NCBI GenBank assembly: GCA_047516945.1
Contig: JAKZTU010000010.1
Coordinates: 5,782 to 69,781, forward strand
From: Acidimicrobiales bacterium
Lineage (GTDB): Bacteria; Actinomycetota; Acidimicrobiia; Acidimicrobiales; Aldehydirespiratoraceae
Direction: 5' to 3'
Length of the DNA stretch: 64,000 nt
Below the pieces are notes generated by a model. The model was given only the letters and a program-made list of their open reading frames with translations, was not told the origin of the DNA and searched no databases. Positions 9,382 through 18,401 of this stretch are shown in pieces (positions within the stretch are counted from its first letter, which is position 1; each line of letters begins with the position of its first letter). The translations under genes were made by a program, and so were the position numbers.

Positions 9382-10097
9382 GCAGCGCGGCTGCTCGGAT
9401 TCTCGTCGTGGAGGACGAAGAGTCATTCGTGGAAGCTCTCCGTGTCGGGCTTCAACGAGAGGGGTTCCTGGTGGACGTTGCTCGCGACGGCGCAGAAGCC
9501 TTGGACCGATTTACACGAAGCGAGCCGGATCTGGTGCTCCTAGACGTGATGTTGCCGGGGATATCCGGGATCGACGTTTGCCGAGAGATCCGTTCTTCAT
9601 CTTCGGTCCCGATCATCATGGTGACCGCCAAAAGCGAGGAGATTGACACGGTCGTGGGTCTTGAAGTGGGTGCCGACGACTATGTGGCGAAGCCCTATCG
9701 ATTGCGGGAATTAGTCGCTCGAATACGTGCGGTGCTACGTCGTTCTGCGATCAATCGTTGGTCTGGCAGCGGTGGTTTGGGGAATGACTCCAACGATCAG
9801 GTTCTGCGGGTCGGGGGACTGCAGTTGGACCGCGAACGCCACGAAGTCACCGTCGATGGTGAAATTGTCCAACTCCCGTTGAAAGAGTTTCAGATTTTGG
9901 CTTTACTGATGCTGAATCAGGAGATGGTTGTGACCCGCGAAACCTTCATCGACCGGGTGTGGGGCTATGACTACGTCGGCGATACCAAAACGCTTGATGT
10001 CCATATCAAGCGACTCAGGGCCAAGATTGAGCCGAACTCAGATCGTCCCGAACGCATTATTACGATCCGTGGCGTTGGTTACAAACTAATGGCCTGA
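9378..10097 (+). CDS. OmpR-family response regulator, RegX3/PhoP type
   Basis: Receiver 'ILVVEDEE..LVLLDVMLPG..VTAKS' and winged helix 'LDVHIKRLRAKIE..IITIRGVGYKL'. ATGA overlap with the kinase stop. Confidence 0.9.
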   Translation: MSSAAARILVVEDEESFVEALRVGLQREGFLVDVARDGAEALDRFTRSEPDLVLLDVMLPGISGIDVCREIRSSSSVPIIMVTAKSEEIDTVVGLEVGADDYVAKPYRLRELVARIRAVLRRSAINRWSGSGGLGNDSNDQVLRVGGLQLDRERHEVTVDGEIVQLPLKEFQILALLMLNQEMVVTRETFIDRVWGYDYVGDTKTLDVHIKRLRAKIEPNSDRPERIITIRGVGYKLMA

Positions 10098-10105
10098 ATG
10101 AGGCG

Positions 10106-10457
10106 TTATGGCTCGTTCGTTGTTGGCTTCAGGGCGTGGCGGATGCGGTGGCGGGTGACCCATAGGCGCAGCAGCACGAGCACTGCTAGCAAGGCTGCGG
10201 TGACCCCGTAGACGACAACCGGTTACGCCGTAGCTGCCCGCGCCGGCGAGAACTGCGGGAATGGTTACCCACAGTTCCTCGGCCACCACGTAGGCGATCC
10301 AACCGATGTTGACGGTCGTGCCGATTGCTGCCCATACCGGCGACACACCCTCGGTGCGACCTATCCGCAGCAGCCGTGCAATCTGGGGCAGGATCTGGAC
10401 GAATGTGACGGCTGTGGCTACGACGCCCACCACCACAGCGATCTCAGCCTGGTTCAC
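10106..10457 (-). pseudogene. PQ-loop / SemiSWEET-like small membrane protein interrupted by a 1-nt frameshift near 10220
   Basis: The track ORF (10086..10457) gives TM1-'LPQI'-TM2 and then a Pro/Arg/His-rich non-membrane tail. Shifting frame at about 10220 yields a clean TM3, 'VVVYGVTAALLAVLVLLRLWV..', ending at TAA 10106-10108. Confidence 0.55.
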
Positions 10458-10572
10458 CGGTCCAATCTACTAGTCGGGGATAGAGGGCCGACACCGACTT
10501 GTCAATGCGGGGTGGGTGAACGGCTGAGTGGATGACAGTCGTCGTGTCAGTGCACACGGGTAGGGTGAGCCG

Positions 10573-12828
10573 ATGCCCGAATCGTCGCCTCTTTTAGAGG
10601 GCTTGAACCCGTCTCAATACGACGCGGTGCTGCACTCAGGCGGCCCTCTGTTGGTCGTTGCGGGCGCCGGTTCGGGCAAGACCCGAGTGCTCACGCACCG
10701 GATCGCCCACATGATCGACGAAGGCATGTCGCCGTTTGAAATCCTCGCCATCACTTTCACCAACAAAGCTGCCGGCGAGATGAAAGAGCGAGTCGCTACC
10801 CTCGTCGGCCCCGTGGCCGAGAGAATGTGGGTTTCGACGTTCCATTCCGCGTGTGTGCGGATCCTGCGCCGTGATGCCGACCGACTGGGCTATCCAGGAC
10901 GGTTCTCGATTTACGACCAGGCCGATGCTCGGCGCTTAGCCGGTTACGTGATTCGAGACCTCAACATTGATCCCAAGAGATTTGTGCCACGATCAGTCCA
11001 CGCCGCGATTTCAAATGCCAAGAACGACAATGTGTCGGCGACCGCCTATGCCGACGGAGCTGAAGGTTTTTTCCAAAAACGTGTCGCAGACATTTACCTG
11101 GAATATCAACGACGCCTGGTTGCCGCCGCGGCGATGGACTTCGACGATCTGCTGATGCGCACCGTTGAACTGTTCAATACTCAACCCGACGTGCTGCAAC
11201 ACTGGCGCGAACGCTTCGCTCATGTCCTCGTCGACGAATACCAAGACACCAACTCTGTCCAGAACGATCTTGTCTTGATGCTCGCCGAACAGCATCGGGG
11301 GGTCTCGGTCGTCGGCGATGGCGACCAGTCGATCTACGCCTTCAGAGGTGCTGATCTGCGCAACATCTTGGAGTTTGAGAAAGCCTTTCCAGACGCCACA
11401 ACAATTGTGCTTGAGCAGAACTATCGCTCGACGCAGTCCATCCTCGACGCGGCCAACGCGGTTATTGCCCAAAACATGGGGCGTGTCCCGAAGGATCTGT
11501 GGACTGACCGCGGACGGGGCGACAAGATCGTGCGCTATCACGCCACCGATGAGCATGACGAGGCTCGTTATGTGGCTCATGAACTGGCCCGCTTGAACGC
11601 TGATGAGGGCATGCGCTGGGACGAAATGGCGGTTTTTTATCGCACAAACAGCCAATCACGGGTGCTTGAGGAGCACTTGGTGCGGGTCGGGATTCCGTAC
11701 CAGTTGGTGGGTGGTGCTCGTTTCTATGACCGACGAGAGATCAAAGATGCGGTGGCGTATCTGCGCGCCATCGTCAATCCGACCGACGAAGTGAGCGTCA
11801 AGCGAGTCCTCAATGTGCCCAAACGGGGCGTGGGCGATTCCTCGATCGGCAAGCTTGATGCCTGGGCTGCTACCAACGGCCAGTCATTTTCTGCAGCATT
11901 GCAGGACTATAGAAACGCCGGCGTGAGCGGCCGGGCGACAACCGGTATCGAACAGTTCTTGCAACTCACAGCAGACATCCGCGAACTCGACGCGGGTCCC
12001 GCCACCATCATCGAAGAAGCTCTTGAACGCTCCCGATATCTCGAAGAACTCCAGGCGACCCTGGGGATCGAGGCTGAAGGCCGGCTCGAGAACCTCAATG
12101 AACTGCTGGGGATGGCCCGTGATTTCGAAACGGTCGACGAGTTTCTTGAACGGATCAGCTTGGTCAGCGACACCGACGCCATGGATGACAGCGAGTCGGT
12201 GGTCACGCTGATGACTCTCCATTCGGCCAAAGGGCTTGAGTATCCGGTCGTCTTCCTCACTGGCATGGAAGATGGGGTTCTCCCACATATTCGCACCCTG
12301 GGTGAACCCCGAGAACTTGAGGAAGAGCGTCGCTTGGCGTATGTGGGCGTCACCAGGGCGATGCAAATGCTTCATCTGACGTGTGCTTGGAGCCGCATGC
12401 TCAATGGCATGACCCAGTACAACCCGCCCAGCCGTTTTTTCTCAGAGATCCCCGAAGATTTGGTCACCGAGATCAGCGGTCAACGCCGAAGTAACCGTTT
12501 TGACCGCTCGTACCCGAGCGGCGGGCGCACCTTCGGCCAGCAACGCGGTGGTGGCCGAAGCGGGGGGTCTCGAATTGATGAGCACCGTGATCGTGTTGTC
12601 GACCGCGTGTTCGAGAGCGAGAGTCCCCCTTCGAAGTCGCCTTTCGCGTCGAAAGGGGCCGAATCACTCGACTTGAAGATCGGTGACGATGTTCGTCACT
12701 CGCAGTGGGGCGAGGGAGTCATAGTCGACATGGGCGGAAGCCCCGATAGTCCAGAAGCGACCGTGAACTTTGCCGGTGTCGGACAGAAAATACTGCTGTT
12801 GTCCTTGGCCCCGTTGGAGAAACTCTAA
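10573..12828 (+). CDS. pcrA: ATP-dependent DNA helicase PcrA/UvrD
   Basis: 'AGAGSGKT', 'VDEYQDTN', 'TLHSAKGLEYPVVF', 'YVGVTRA'. 751 aa. Confidence 0.9.
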   Translation: MPESSPLLEGLNPSQYDAVLHSGGPLLVVAGAGSGKTRVLTHRIAHMIDEGMSPFEILAITFTNKAAGEMKERVATLVGPVAERMWVSTFHSACVRILRRDADRLGYPGRFSIYDQADARRLAGYVIRDLNIDPKRFVPRSVHAAISNAKNDNVSATAYADGAEGFFQKRVADIYLEYQRRLVAAAAMDFDDLLMRTVELFNTQPDVLQHWRERFAHVLVDEYQDTNSVQNDLVLMLAEQHRGVSVVGDGDQSIYAFRGADLRNILEFEKAFPDATTIVLEQNYRSTQSILDAANAVIAQNMGRVPKDLWTDRGRGDKIVRYHATDEHDEARYVAHELARLNADEGMRWDEMAVFYRTNSQSRVLEEHLVRVGIPYQLVGGARFYDRREIKDAVAYLRAIVNPTDEVSVKRVLNVPKRGVGDSSIGKLDAWAATNGQSFSAALQDYRNAGVSGRATTGIEQFLQLTADIRELDAGPATIIEEALERSRYLEELQATLGIEAEGRLENLNELLGMARDFETVDEFLERISLVSDTDAMDDSESVVTLMTLHSAKGLEYPVVFLTGMEDGVLPHIRTLGEPRELEEERRLAYVGVTRAMQMLHLTCAWSRMLNGMTQYNPPSRFFSEIPEDLVTEISGQRRSNRFDRSYPSGGRTFGQQRGGGRSGGSRIDEHRDRVVDRVFESESPPSKSPFASKGAESLDLKIGDDVRHSQWGEGVIVDMGGSPDSPEATVNFAGVGQKILLLSLAPLEKL

Positions 12829-12848
12829 GTAGTCAACGTTGCCCGGCC

Positions 12849-13343
12849 TCACTCAGGGTCTTCGTTGAGCAGAACGTGGATGTTGCCGTCGCGAACCTCG
12901 ACACGGTATTGAAACAGGCCGGTACCTGCAGCGTCGGTTGTGACCTCGTCACAGGTGGTGCTACTGCCTACGGCGGTGGTGAGGGAAAACTCTTCGGTTG
13001 TGGCGTCCCAGTCGAAGTAACAGTCTCGGGGGTCTTCCGCGCGCCGAGCTGCGAAGGCGAGCCACCCTTGCTCAAGATCCGCGCCGATGTGAGTAACGAT
13101 GATGTCACGCTGCCCGCCACTTCCCACATCGGAGTAAAGAATCGGACCCCTGTCTTGAATCTCGCGACTTATAGCTCCGACGTTGCCGGCGTTGAAGTCT
13201 CTGTCGCCAAGGACGATCTCGGTGTTTCCCTGCGATGTTGCGAACCAAACCATCAAACCGAGCAGGACCGCGATGACCACCGCGGTGAATCCGAGGAGCA
13301 GGACATTGCGAGCGTTTATCTGTGGACCTCGGGCGACGGGCAT
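12849..13343 (-). CDS. hypothetical membrane-anchored protein
   Basis: Single N-terminal TM ('VLLLGFTAVVIAVLLGLMVWF') followed by a soluble domain. No family recognised. Confidence 0.5.
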   Translation of the reverse strand: MPVARGPQINARNVLLLGFTAVVIAVLLGLMVWFATSQGNTEIVLGDRDFNAGNVGAISREIQDRGPILYSDVGSGGQRDIIVTHIGADLEQGWLAFAARRAEDPRDCYFDWDATTEEFSLTTAVGSSTTCDEVTTDAAGTGLFQYRVEVRDGNIHVLLNEDPE

Positions 13344-13448
13344 GGCTCCTCGCGTCTGATTTTGGCGGACTGCTTAGCAGCGGTGAAGGTGTCACAGCAT
13401 TGGGACCCGCCTAGTATCGCCTGAGTTCACGCGAACTTTGGAGGTGCG

Positions 13449-14588
13449 GTGGATCTTTTTGAGTATCAGGGCAAGGAGTTTTTCGCCGGTTACGGCATGC
13501 CGGTCTCACCCGGTGAAGCAGTTTTCAGTGTCGACGAGGCGGTAGCCGCAGCAGAACGGCTCGGCACGCCGGTCATGGTCAAAGCCCAGGTTCATACGGG
13601 TGGACGGGGAAAGGCAGGCGGTGTCAAGTTCGCCGCGGATATTGACGCGGTCCGCCAACACGCCGGCAATATCTTGGGACTCGACATAAAAGGCCACATC
13701 GTTCGCCGGGTCTGGATCGAAAAAGCATCTGACATAGCCGAGGAGTACTACGCCAGCTTCACCCTTGATCGCTCGGCGAAGAAGCATCTCGGGATGCTCT
13801 CGGTGGAGGGTGGGGTCGAGATCGAAACGGTCGCAGAAACCAACCCGGATGCCATCGCCAAGATCTGGATAGATCCGCTGGACGGACTCAACGAAGCGAC
13901 ATGCCGGGACTGGGTAGCTACAGCAAACCTCCCTGCTCCAGCAGTTGAGGGGACTGTCGACGTGTTGTTGAAGCTTTACACCGCCTACACCCGAGGCGAT
14001 GCCGATCTCGTCGAGATCAACCCGCTTGTGCTGACACCCGAAGGCAACGTACATGTGCTTGACGCCAAGGTAACCCTCGACGGCAACAGCGAGTTCCGTC
14101 ACCCCGACTACCGCCAATACGACGCCACCCAGAGCCGAGACGATCGTGAAGAAGCAGCTCACGCCAAGGGCTTACAGTACGTCGGTCTCGAGGGTTCGGT
14201 CGGGGTGATCGCCAACGGCGCGGGTCTAGCCATGAGCACGGTCGATGTGGTCAACCAAGTTGGCGGAAGTCCGGCCAATTTTCTCGACATCGGCGGTGGC
14301 GCAAACGCTGATGTCATGGCCGGAGCTTTGGAGGTCATCAACAACGACCCCGCAGTAAAGGCCATATTCATCAACATCTTTGGAGGAATAACCCGAGGCG
14401 AGGAGATCGCCGGCGGCATCCTCGAAGCGATGCAACGCGTGGAGATTGATTCCCCCATCGTCATCAGGCTTGATGGCACCAACGCCGATGAGGGCCGAGC
14501 GATCCTAGAACCTCACCTAACCGACAAGTTGATGATGCAACCGACAATGCTTGATGCGGCTCGCCGCGTAGTCGAGCTTGCAGGCTGA
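13449..14588 (+). CDS. sucC: succinate--CoA ligase beta subunit
   Basis: GTG start, 'MDLFEYQGKEFF', 'GGRGKAGGVKF', followed by sucD. Confidence 0.93.
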   Translation: MDLFEYQGKEFFAGYGMPVSPGEAVFSVDEAVAAAERLGTPVMVKAQVHTGGRGKAGGVKFAADIDAVRQHAGNILGLDIKGHIVRRVWIEKASDIAEEYYASFTLDRSAKKHLGMLSVEGGVEIETVAETNPDAIAKIWIDPLDGLNEATCRDWVATANLPAPAVEGTVDVLLKLYTAYTRGDADLVEINPLVLTPEGNVHVLDAKVTLDGNSEFRHPDYRQYDATQSRDDREEAAHAKGLQYVGLEGSVGVIANGAGLAMSTVDVVNQVGGSPANFLDIGGGANADVMAGALEVINNDPAVKAIFINIFGGITRGEEIAGGILEAMQRVEIDSPIVIRLDGTNADEGRAILEPHLTDKLMMQPTMLDAARRVVELAG

Positions 14589-14615
14589 GCTGGCGACGAA
14601 GAAAGGAAACCGACA

Positions 14616-15500
14616 ATGAGTATCTTCGTCGACGAGAACACGAAGGTGATTTATCAGGGGCTCACGGGTTCACAAGGCAGCTACTACGGCCTTCTGAACC
14701 GTGATTACGGCACGCAGGTGGTTGCCGGCACCCACCCGACCAAGGCAGGCACTGATGTCGATGGTGTACCCATTTTCGCCGATGTGGCTGAGGCGGTGCA
14801 GGCAACGGGTGCCACTGCGAGCTGTATTTTCATTCCCGCCCCAGGAGTACGCGGTGCGGTGATTGAAGCCGCGCAGGGGGGCGTCAAGTTCATTGTTGCC
14901 ATCACCGAAGGGGTACCCGCACACGACGAGGTCTACTTCTACAACGCCTTGAAGCGGGACTTCCCAGATGTCTTGATGCTCGGTCCGAACTGTCCCGGCA
15001 TTATCAGCCCCGGAAAGTGCAACATAGGCATCACGGCTGGACACATTGCTGAGCCGGGAGGTCCTGTGGGAATCGTCAGCCGTTCAGGCACTCTCACATA
15101 CCAGGCGCTTTATGAACTGAAGCAGAAAGATGTCGGGGTGACGACATGTGTGGGTATAGGTGGCGACCCGGTGCCCGGTACGTCGTTCATTGATTGTTTG
15201 CAGGCCTTTGAAGACGACCCTGAAACTCTCGCGGTGATGATGATCGGCGAGATCGGCGGTTCGGCCGAGGAAGAAGCCGCTGACTTCATCAAGAACCACA
15301 TGACCAAGCCCGTTGCCGGCTATATCGCCGGGGTGACCGCTCCGCCCGGCAAGAAGATGGGCCATGCAGGAGCAATTGTCTCAGGAGGCCGAGGTACCGC
15401 TGCTGCCAAAATCGAAGCGTTGACCGACGCTGGTGTTCACGTCGGGCAGAACCCGACAGAAGCCGGCGAACTCATGGCCGACATTGTCGCCGGCCTGTAA
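14616..15500 (+). CDS. sucD: succinate--CoA ligase alpha subunit
   Basis: 'VIYQGLTGSQG', 'SRSGTLTYQ', phosphohistidine loop 'MGHAGAIV'. Confidence 0.93.
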   Translation: MSIFVDENTKVIYQGLTGSQGSYYGLLNRDYGTQVVAGTHPTKAGTDVDGVPIFADVAEAVQATGATASCIFIPAPGVRGAVIEAAQGGVKFIVAITEGVPAHDEVYFYNALKRDFPDVLMLGPNCPGIISPGKCNIGITAGHIAEPGGPVGIVSRSGTLTYQALYELKQKDVGVTTCVGIGGDPVPGTSFIDCLQAFEDDPETLAVMMIGEIGGSAEEEAADFIKNHMTKPVAGYIAGVTAPPGKKMGHAGAIVSGGRGTAAAKIEALTDAGVHVGQNPTEAGELMADIVAGL

Positions 15501-15526
15501 GGCCGCCGGCTTGCTAGGTTCAGGCA

Positions 15527-17110
15527 ATGAGTAGCGTTTTGGGTCGGCGCCGTGCGCTGTTGTCCGTTTTTGACAAATCGGGGATCGTGGAGTTCGCCAG
15601 AGGACTGGTTGACCTTGACTGGGAACTGATCTCCAGCGGTGGTACCGCCGAGGTCATATCGGCCGCTGGTATTGCGGTAACCGATGTTGCGGACTACACA
15701 GGCTCACCGATCATGTTGGGACACCGGGTGGCGACGCTTCACCCCCGTATTCACGGGGGCATCCTCGCGGATCGACAAGACCCCGAGCATCAGGTTGATC
15801 TCGAAACCCACAACATCGAAGTGATCGACCTCGTAGTCGGCAACCTCTACCCGTTTCGCTCCCAGCCCGGAATCGAGACGATCGATATTGGTGGACCGAC
15901 TCTGCTGCGATCTGCGGCAAAAAACCACGCCTACGTCGGCGTTGCCACGAATCCAGCCGACTACGGACCGATCCTGACCGAACTGCGCGACAACCACCGC
16001 GATGAACCGGGCAGCAGCCTCGGCCACAACTCGGGTTTGTCCGCAGACACACGGCGTCGTCTAGCCCGAGCGGCGTTCGCCCACACCGCAGCTTATGACG
16101 CGGCAATCGTTGACTGGCTCGACAGCACCGAGCCGGAGCCCACGGCGCTGCCCCCCACAATCCACCTAGCCCTCGAACGTGCCGAAGTGTTGCGCTATGG
16201 CGAAAACCCACACCAGGACGGGGCGCGCTACCGCTCCATGGGCCAGACCAGCATGTGGGATCAAATCGAACAATATTCCGGCGTGCCGCTCAGCTACCTC
16301 AACCTGTTTGATGCAGATGCGGCTTGGCGTCTCGCCCACGAACTGGGCGATCTCTCCAACGGCTGTGCTGTCGCCATCATCAAACACGCCAACCCTTGTG
16401 GCGCGGCGCTGGCCCTCGACCTTGCCACTGCTTACCAACGTGCCTTCGAGTGCGACCCTCGAAGCGCGTTCGGTGGGATCGTTGCGGTGAATCGAATCGT
16501 CGAGGAGTCCACCACGCAAGCACTGGAATCGGCGGCTCAGGCGGATGTGATCATTGCTCCGGGCTACGCCGACGGTGTTGTTGAGCGTTTGATTGCCAAG
16601 CGCCGAAACACCCGTATTCTGCGCGCTGAGGCTCCCAAGGCAGCTTCTGCGGCCGGGGTCAGTCTGCGCCAGATCACCGATGGCTTCCTGGTTCAGGAGG
16701 CCCAGTGTTTCGCATCGGTGCCCTCTCAGTGGCGAGTGGTCACCAAGCGTGAACCAAGCGCCGCTGAGCTGGTCGACGCAGCCTTCGCATGGCGCGTTTG
16801 TGGTCATGTCAAGTCCAACGCTGTGGTATTGGCTCGTGACAGCGTGGCCTGGGGGATCGGAGCGGGTCAACAAAACCGGGTCGAAGCAGCCCAAATAGCT
16901 GCAAGCAAGGCGGCTGGGCGAGCCCAAGGCGGCGCCTGTGCCAGTGATGCCTTCTACCCGTTCCCCGACGGCATTCACGCAGCCGCAGATGCTGGAGCAG
17001 CGATAATCGTTCAACCCGGTGGATCGGTCAACGATCAACAAACAATCGCCGCGGCCGACGAGCGCGGTGTCGCCATGGTCTTTACCGCCGAACGACAGTT
17101 TCTTCACTAG
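15527..17110 (+). CDS. purH: bifunctional AICAR formyltransferase / IMP cyclohydrolase
   Basis: 'ALLSVFDKSG', 'IKHANPCG', terminal '..ERQFLH'. 527 aa. Confidence 0.93.
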   Translation: MSSVLGRRRALLSVFDKSGIVEFARGLVDLDWELISSGGTAEVISAAGIAVTDVADYTGSPIMLGHRVATLHPRIHGGILADRQDPEHQVDLETHNIEVIDLVVGNLYPFRSQPGIETIDIGGPTLLRSAAKNHAYVGVATNPADYGPILTELRDNHRDEPGSSLGHNSGLSADTRRRLARAAFAHTAAYDAAIVDWLDSTEPEPTALPPTIHLALERAEVLRYGENPHQDGARYRSMGQTSMWDQIEQYSGVPLSYLNLFDADAAWRLAHELGDLSNGCAVAIIKHANPCGAALALDLATAYQRAFECDPRSAFGGIVAVNRIVEESTTQALESAAQADVIIAPGYADGVVERLIAKRRNTRILRAEAPKAASAAGVSLRQITDGFLVQEAQCFASVPSQWRVVTKREPSAAELVDAAFAWRVCGHVKSNAVVLARDSVAWGIGAGQQNRVEAAQIAASKAAGRAQGGACASDAFYPFPDGIHAAADAGAAIIVQPGGSVNDQQTIAAADERGVAMVFTAERQFLH

Positions 17111-17168
17111 AGCGGTGCGAAGGGATCCAAGGACACCCCATTCGGGTCCGCTCCGCTACGCTCGCGAC

Positions 17169-18401
17169 ATGCCCATGCCAACGGACCTAGGCGCGGTTCA
17201 GCGAGATCGACCACGGGTTGAGTCACTCACGGTGGAGAACTTCAGGGCGCTTAGAAAAGTTGACTTGAAGGATCTGACTCCACTGACGGTGTTGGTGGGA
17301 CCCAATGGCAGTGGCAAATCCACCGTCTTCGACGTGTTCGCGTTTCTCTCCGAATGCTTCGAGACTGGTTTGAGAAGTGCCTGGGACCGACGAGGGCGGG
17401 CCAACGAAATAAAGTCCAGAGGAAGTTCCGGCCCGGTGGTGATCGAGATCAAATACCGTGAGGGTCGACCCGGTGGACCTACAGCAAACCCGCTGATCAC
17501 CTACCACCTTGAGCTTGACGAACTCAGAGGTAGACCAGTCGTGGAACACGAATGGCTGAGTTGGAAACGCAAGCCCTACGGTCGACCCTTCAAGTTCCTG
17601 GAAGTCACGCGTGGTAGCGGAATAGCCGCCAGCGGAGAGGTGCCCGACGAGTCCGATGGACACGTCGCGGTCGAACTCAAGAGTCCTGACCTCTTGGCAG
17701 TCAGCGCCCTGGGACAATTCACCGAACATCCGCGAGTTGTAAAGTTGCGCGACTTCATAATGGGTTGGCACACCTCCTACCTGTCGGCTGACGGCACTCG
17801 TGGTCAACCTGAAAGCGGACCACAAGAGAACCTGACTCGATCAGGAGACAACCTCTCCAACGTTGTGCAGTACCTGAACGAGAACCACGGGCAGTTGCTC
17901 CACAAGATCGTACGAATCCTTGGTGAGCGAGTACCCCTCATTTCCGAGGTGCAGGCTGAAAGGATGCAGGACGGACGCCTGCTGCTGAAATTCCTGGACG
18001 CTCCATTCGACGAACCGATTCTGGCTAGGTATGCATCCGATGGCACCCTCAAGCTGCTTGCCTACCTGGTACTTATTCACGGACCCAACCCGTACCCGTT
18101 CATAGGCATCGAAGAACCCGAGAACTTCCTCCATCCTCGACTGATTTCCGAGTTAGCTGAAGAATGCCGTTCGGCTCTTGATCGCACGCAACTGCTCGTG
18201 ACCACACACTCACCGTTCTTTCTTGACGGTCTGAATGCCAAGGAAGTGAGAATCCTCTGGCGAGACGATGACGGTTACACGCGTGTCCGTCGGGCTTCGG
18301 ACATTGAAGGGATCCCACAACAGATCGACACAGGAGGACTGCTCGGCAACCTGTGGACAGAAGGATGGTTCGGAGTCGGTGATCCTCTGGTTCGCTCGTG
18401 A
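17169..18401 (+). CDS. ABC/SMC-type (AAA_15/AAA_21-like, OLD-ATPase-like) ATPase; first gene of a two-gene cassette
   Basis: Walker A 'GPNGSGKST' (17298-17324), signature-like 'ASDGTLKLL', Walker B 'FIGIEEPENFLHP' (18099-18137), H-loop 'TTHSP'. I prefer ATG 17169, because the track start 17019 lies inside purH. Confidence 0.8.
   Translation: MPMPTDLGAVQRDRPRVESLTVENFRALRKVDLKDLTPLTVLVGPNGSGKSTVFDVFAFLSECFETGLRSAWDRRGRANEIKSRGSSGPVVIEIKYREGRPGGPTANPLITYHLELDELRGRPVVEHEWLSWKRKPYGRPFKFLEVTRGSGIAASGEVPDESDGHVAVELKSPDLLAVSALGQFTEHPRVVKLRDFIMGWHTSYLSADGTRGQPESGPQENLTRSGDNLSNVVQYLNENHGQLLHKIVRILGERVPLISEVQAERMQDGRLLLKFLDAPFDEPILARYASDGTLKLLAYLVLIHGPNPYPFIGIEEPENFLHPRLISELAEECRSALDRTQLLVTTHSPFFLDGLNAKEVRILWRDDDGYTRVRRASDIEGIPQQIDTGGLLGNLWTEGWFGVGDPLVRS

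Noticed and set aside
17019-17168. Track start of the ATPase ORF, which overlaps the last 92 nt of purH.
   Set aside because: The extension (MDRSTINKQSPRPTS..) is a Pro/Ser/Arg-rich out-of-frame read of purH. The ATG at 17169 gives an N-terminus at normal spacing from the Walker A motif.
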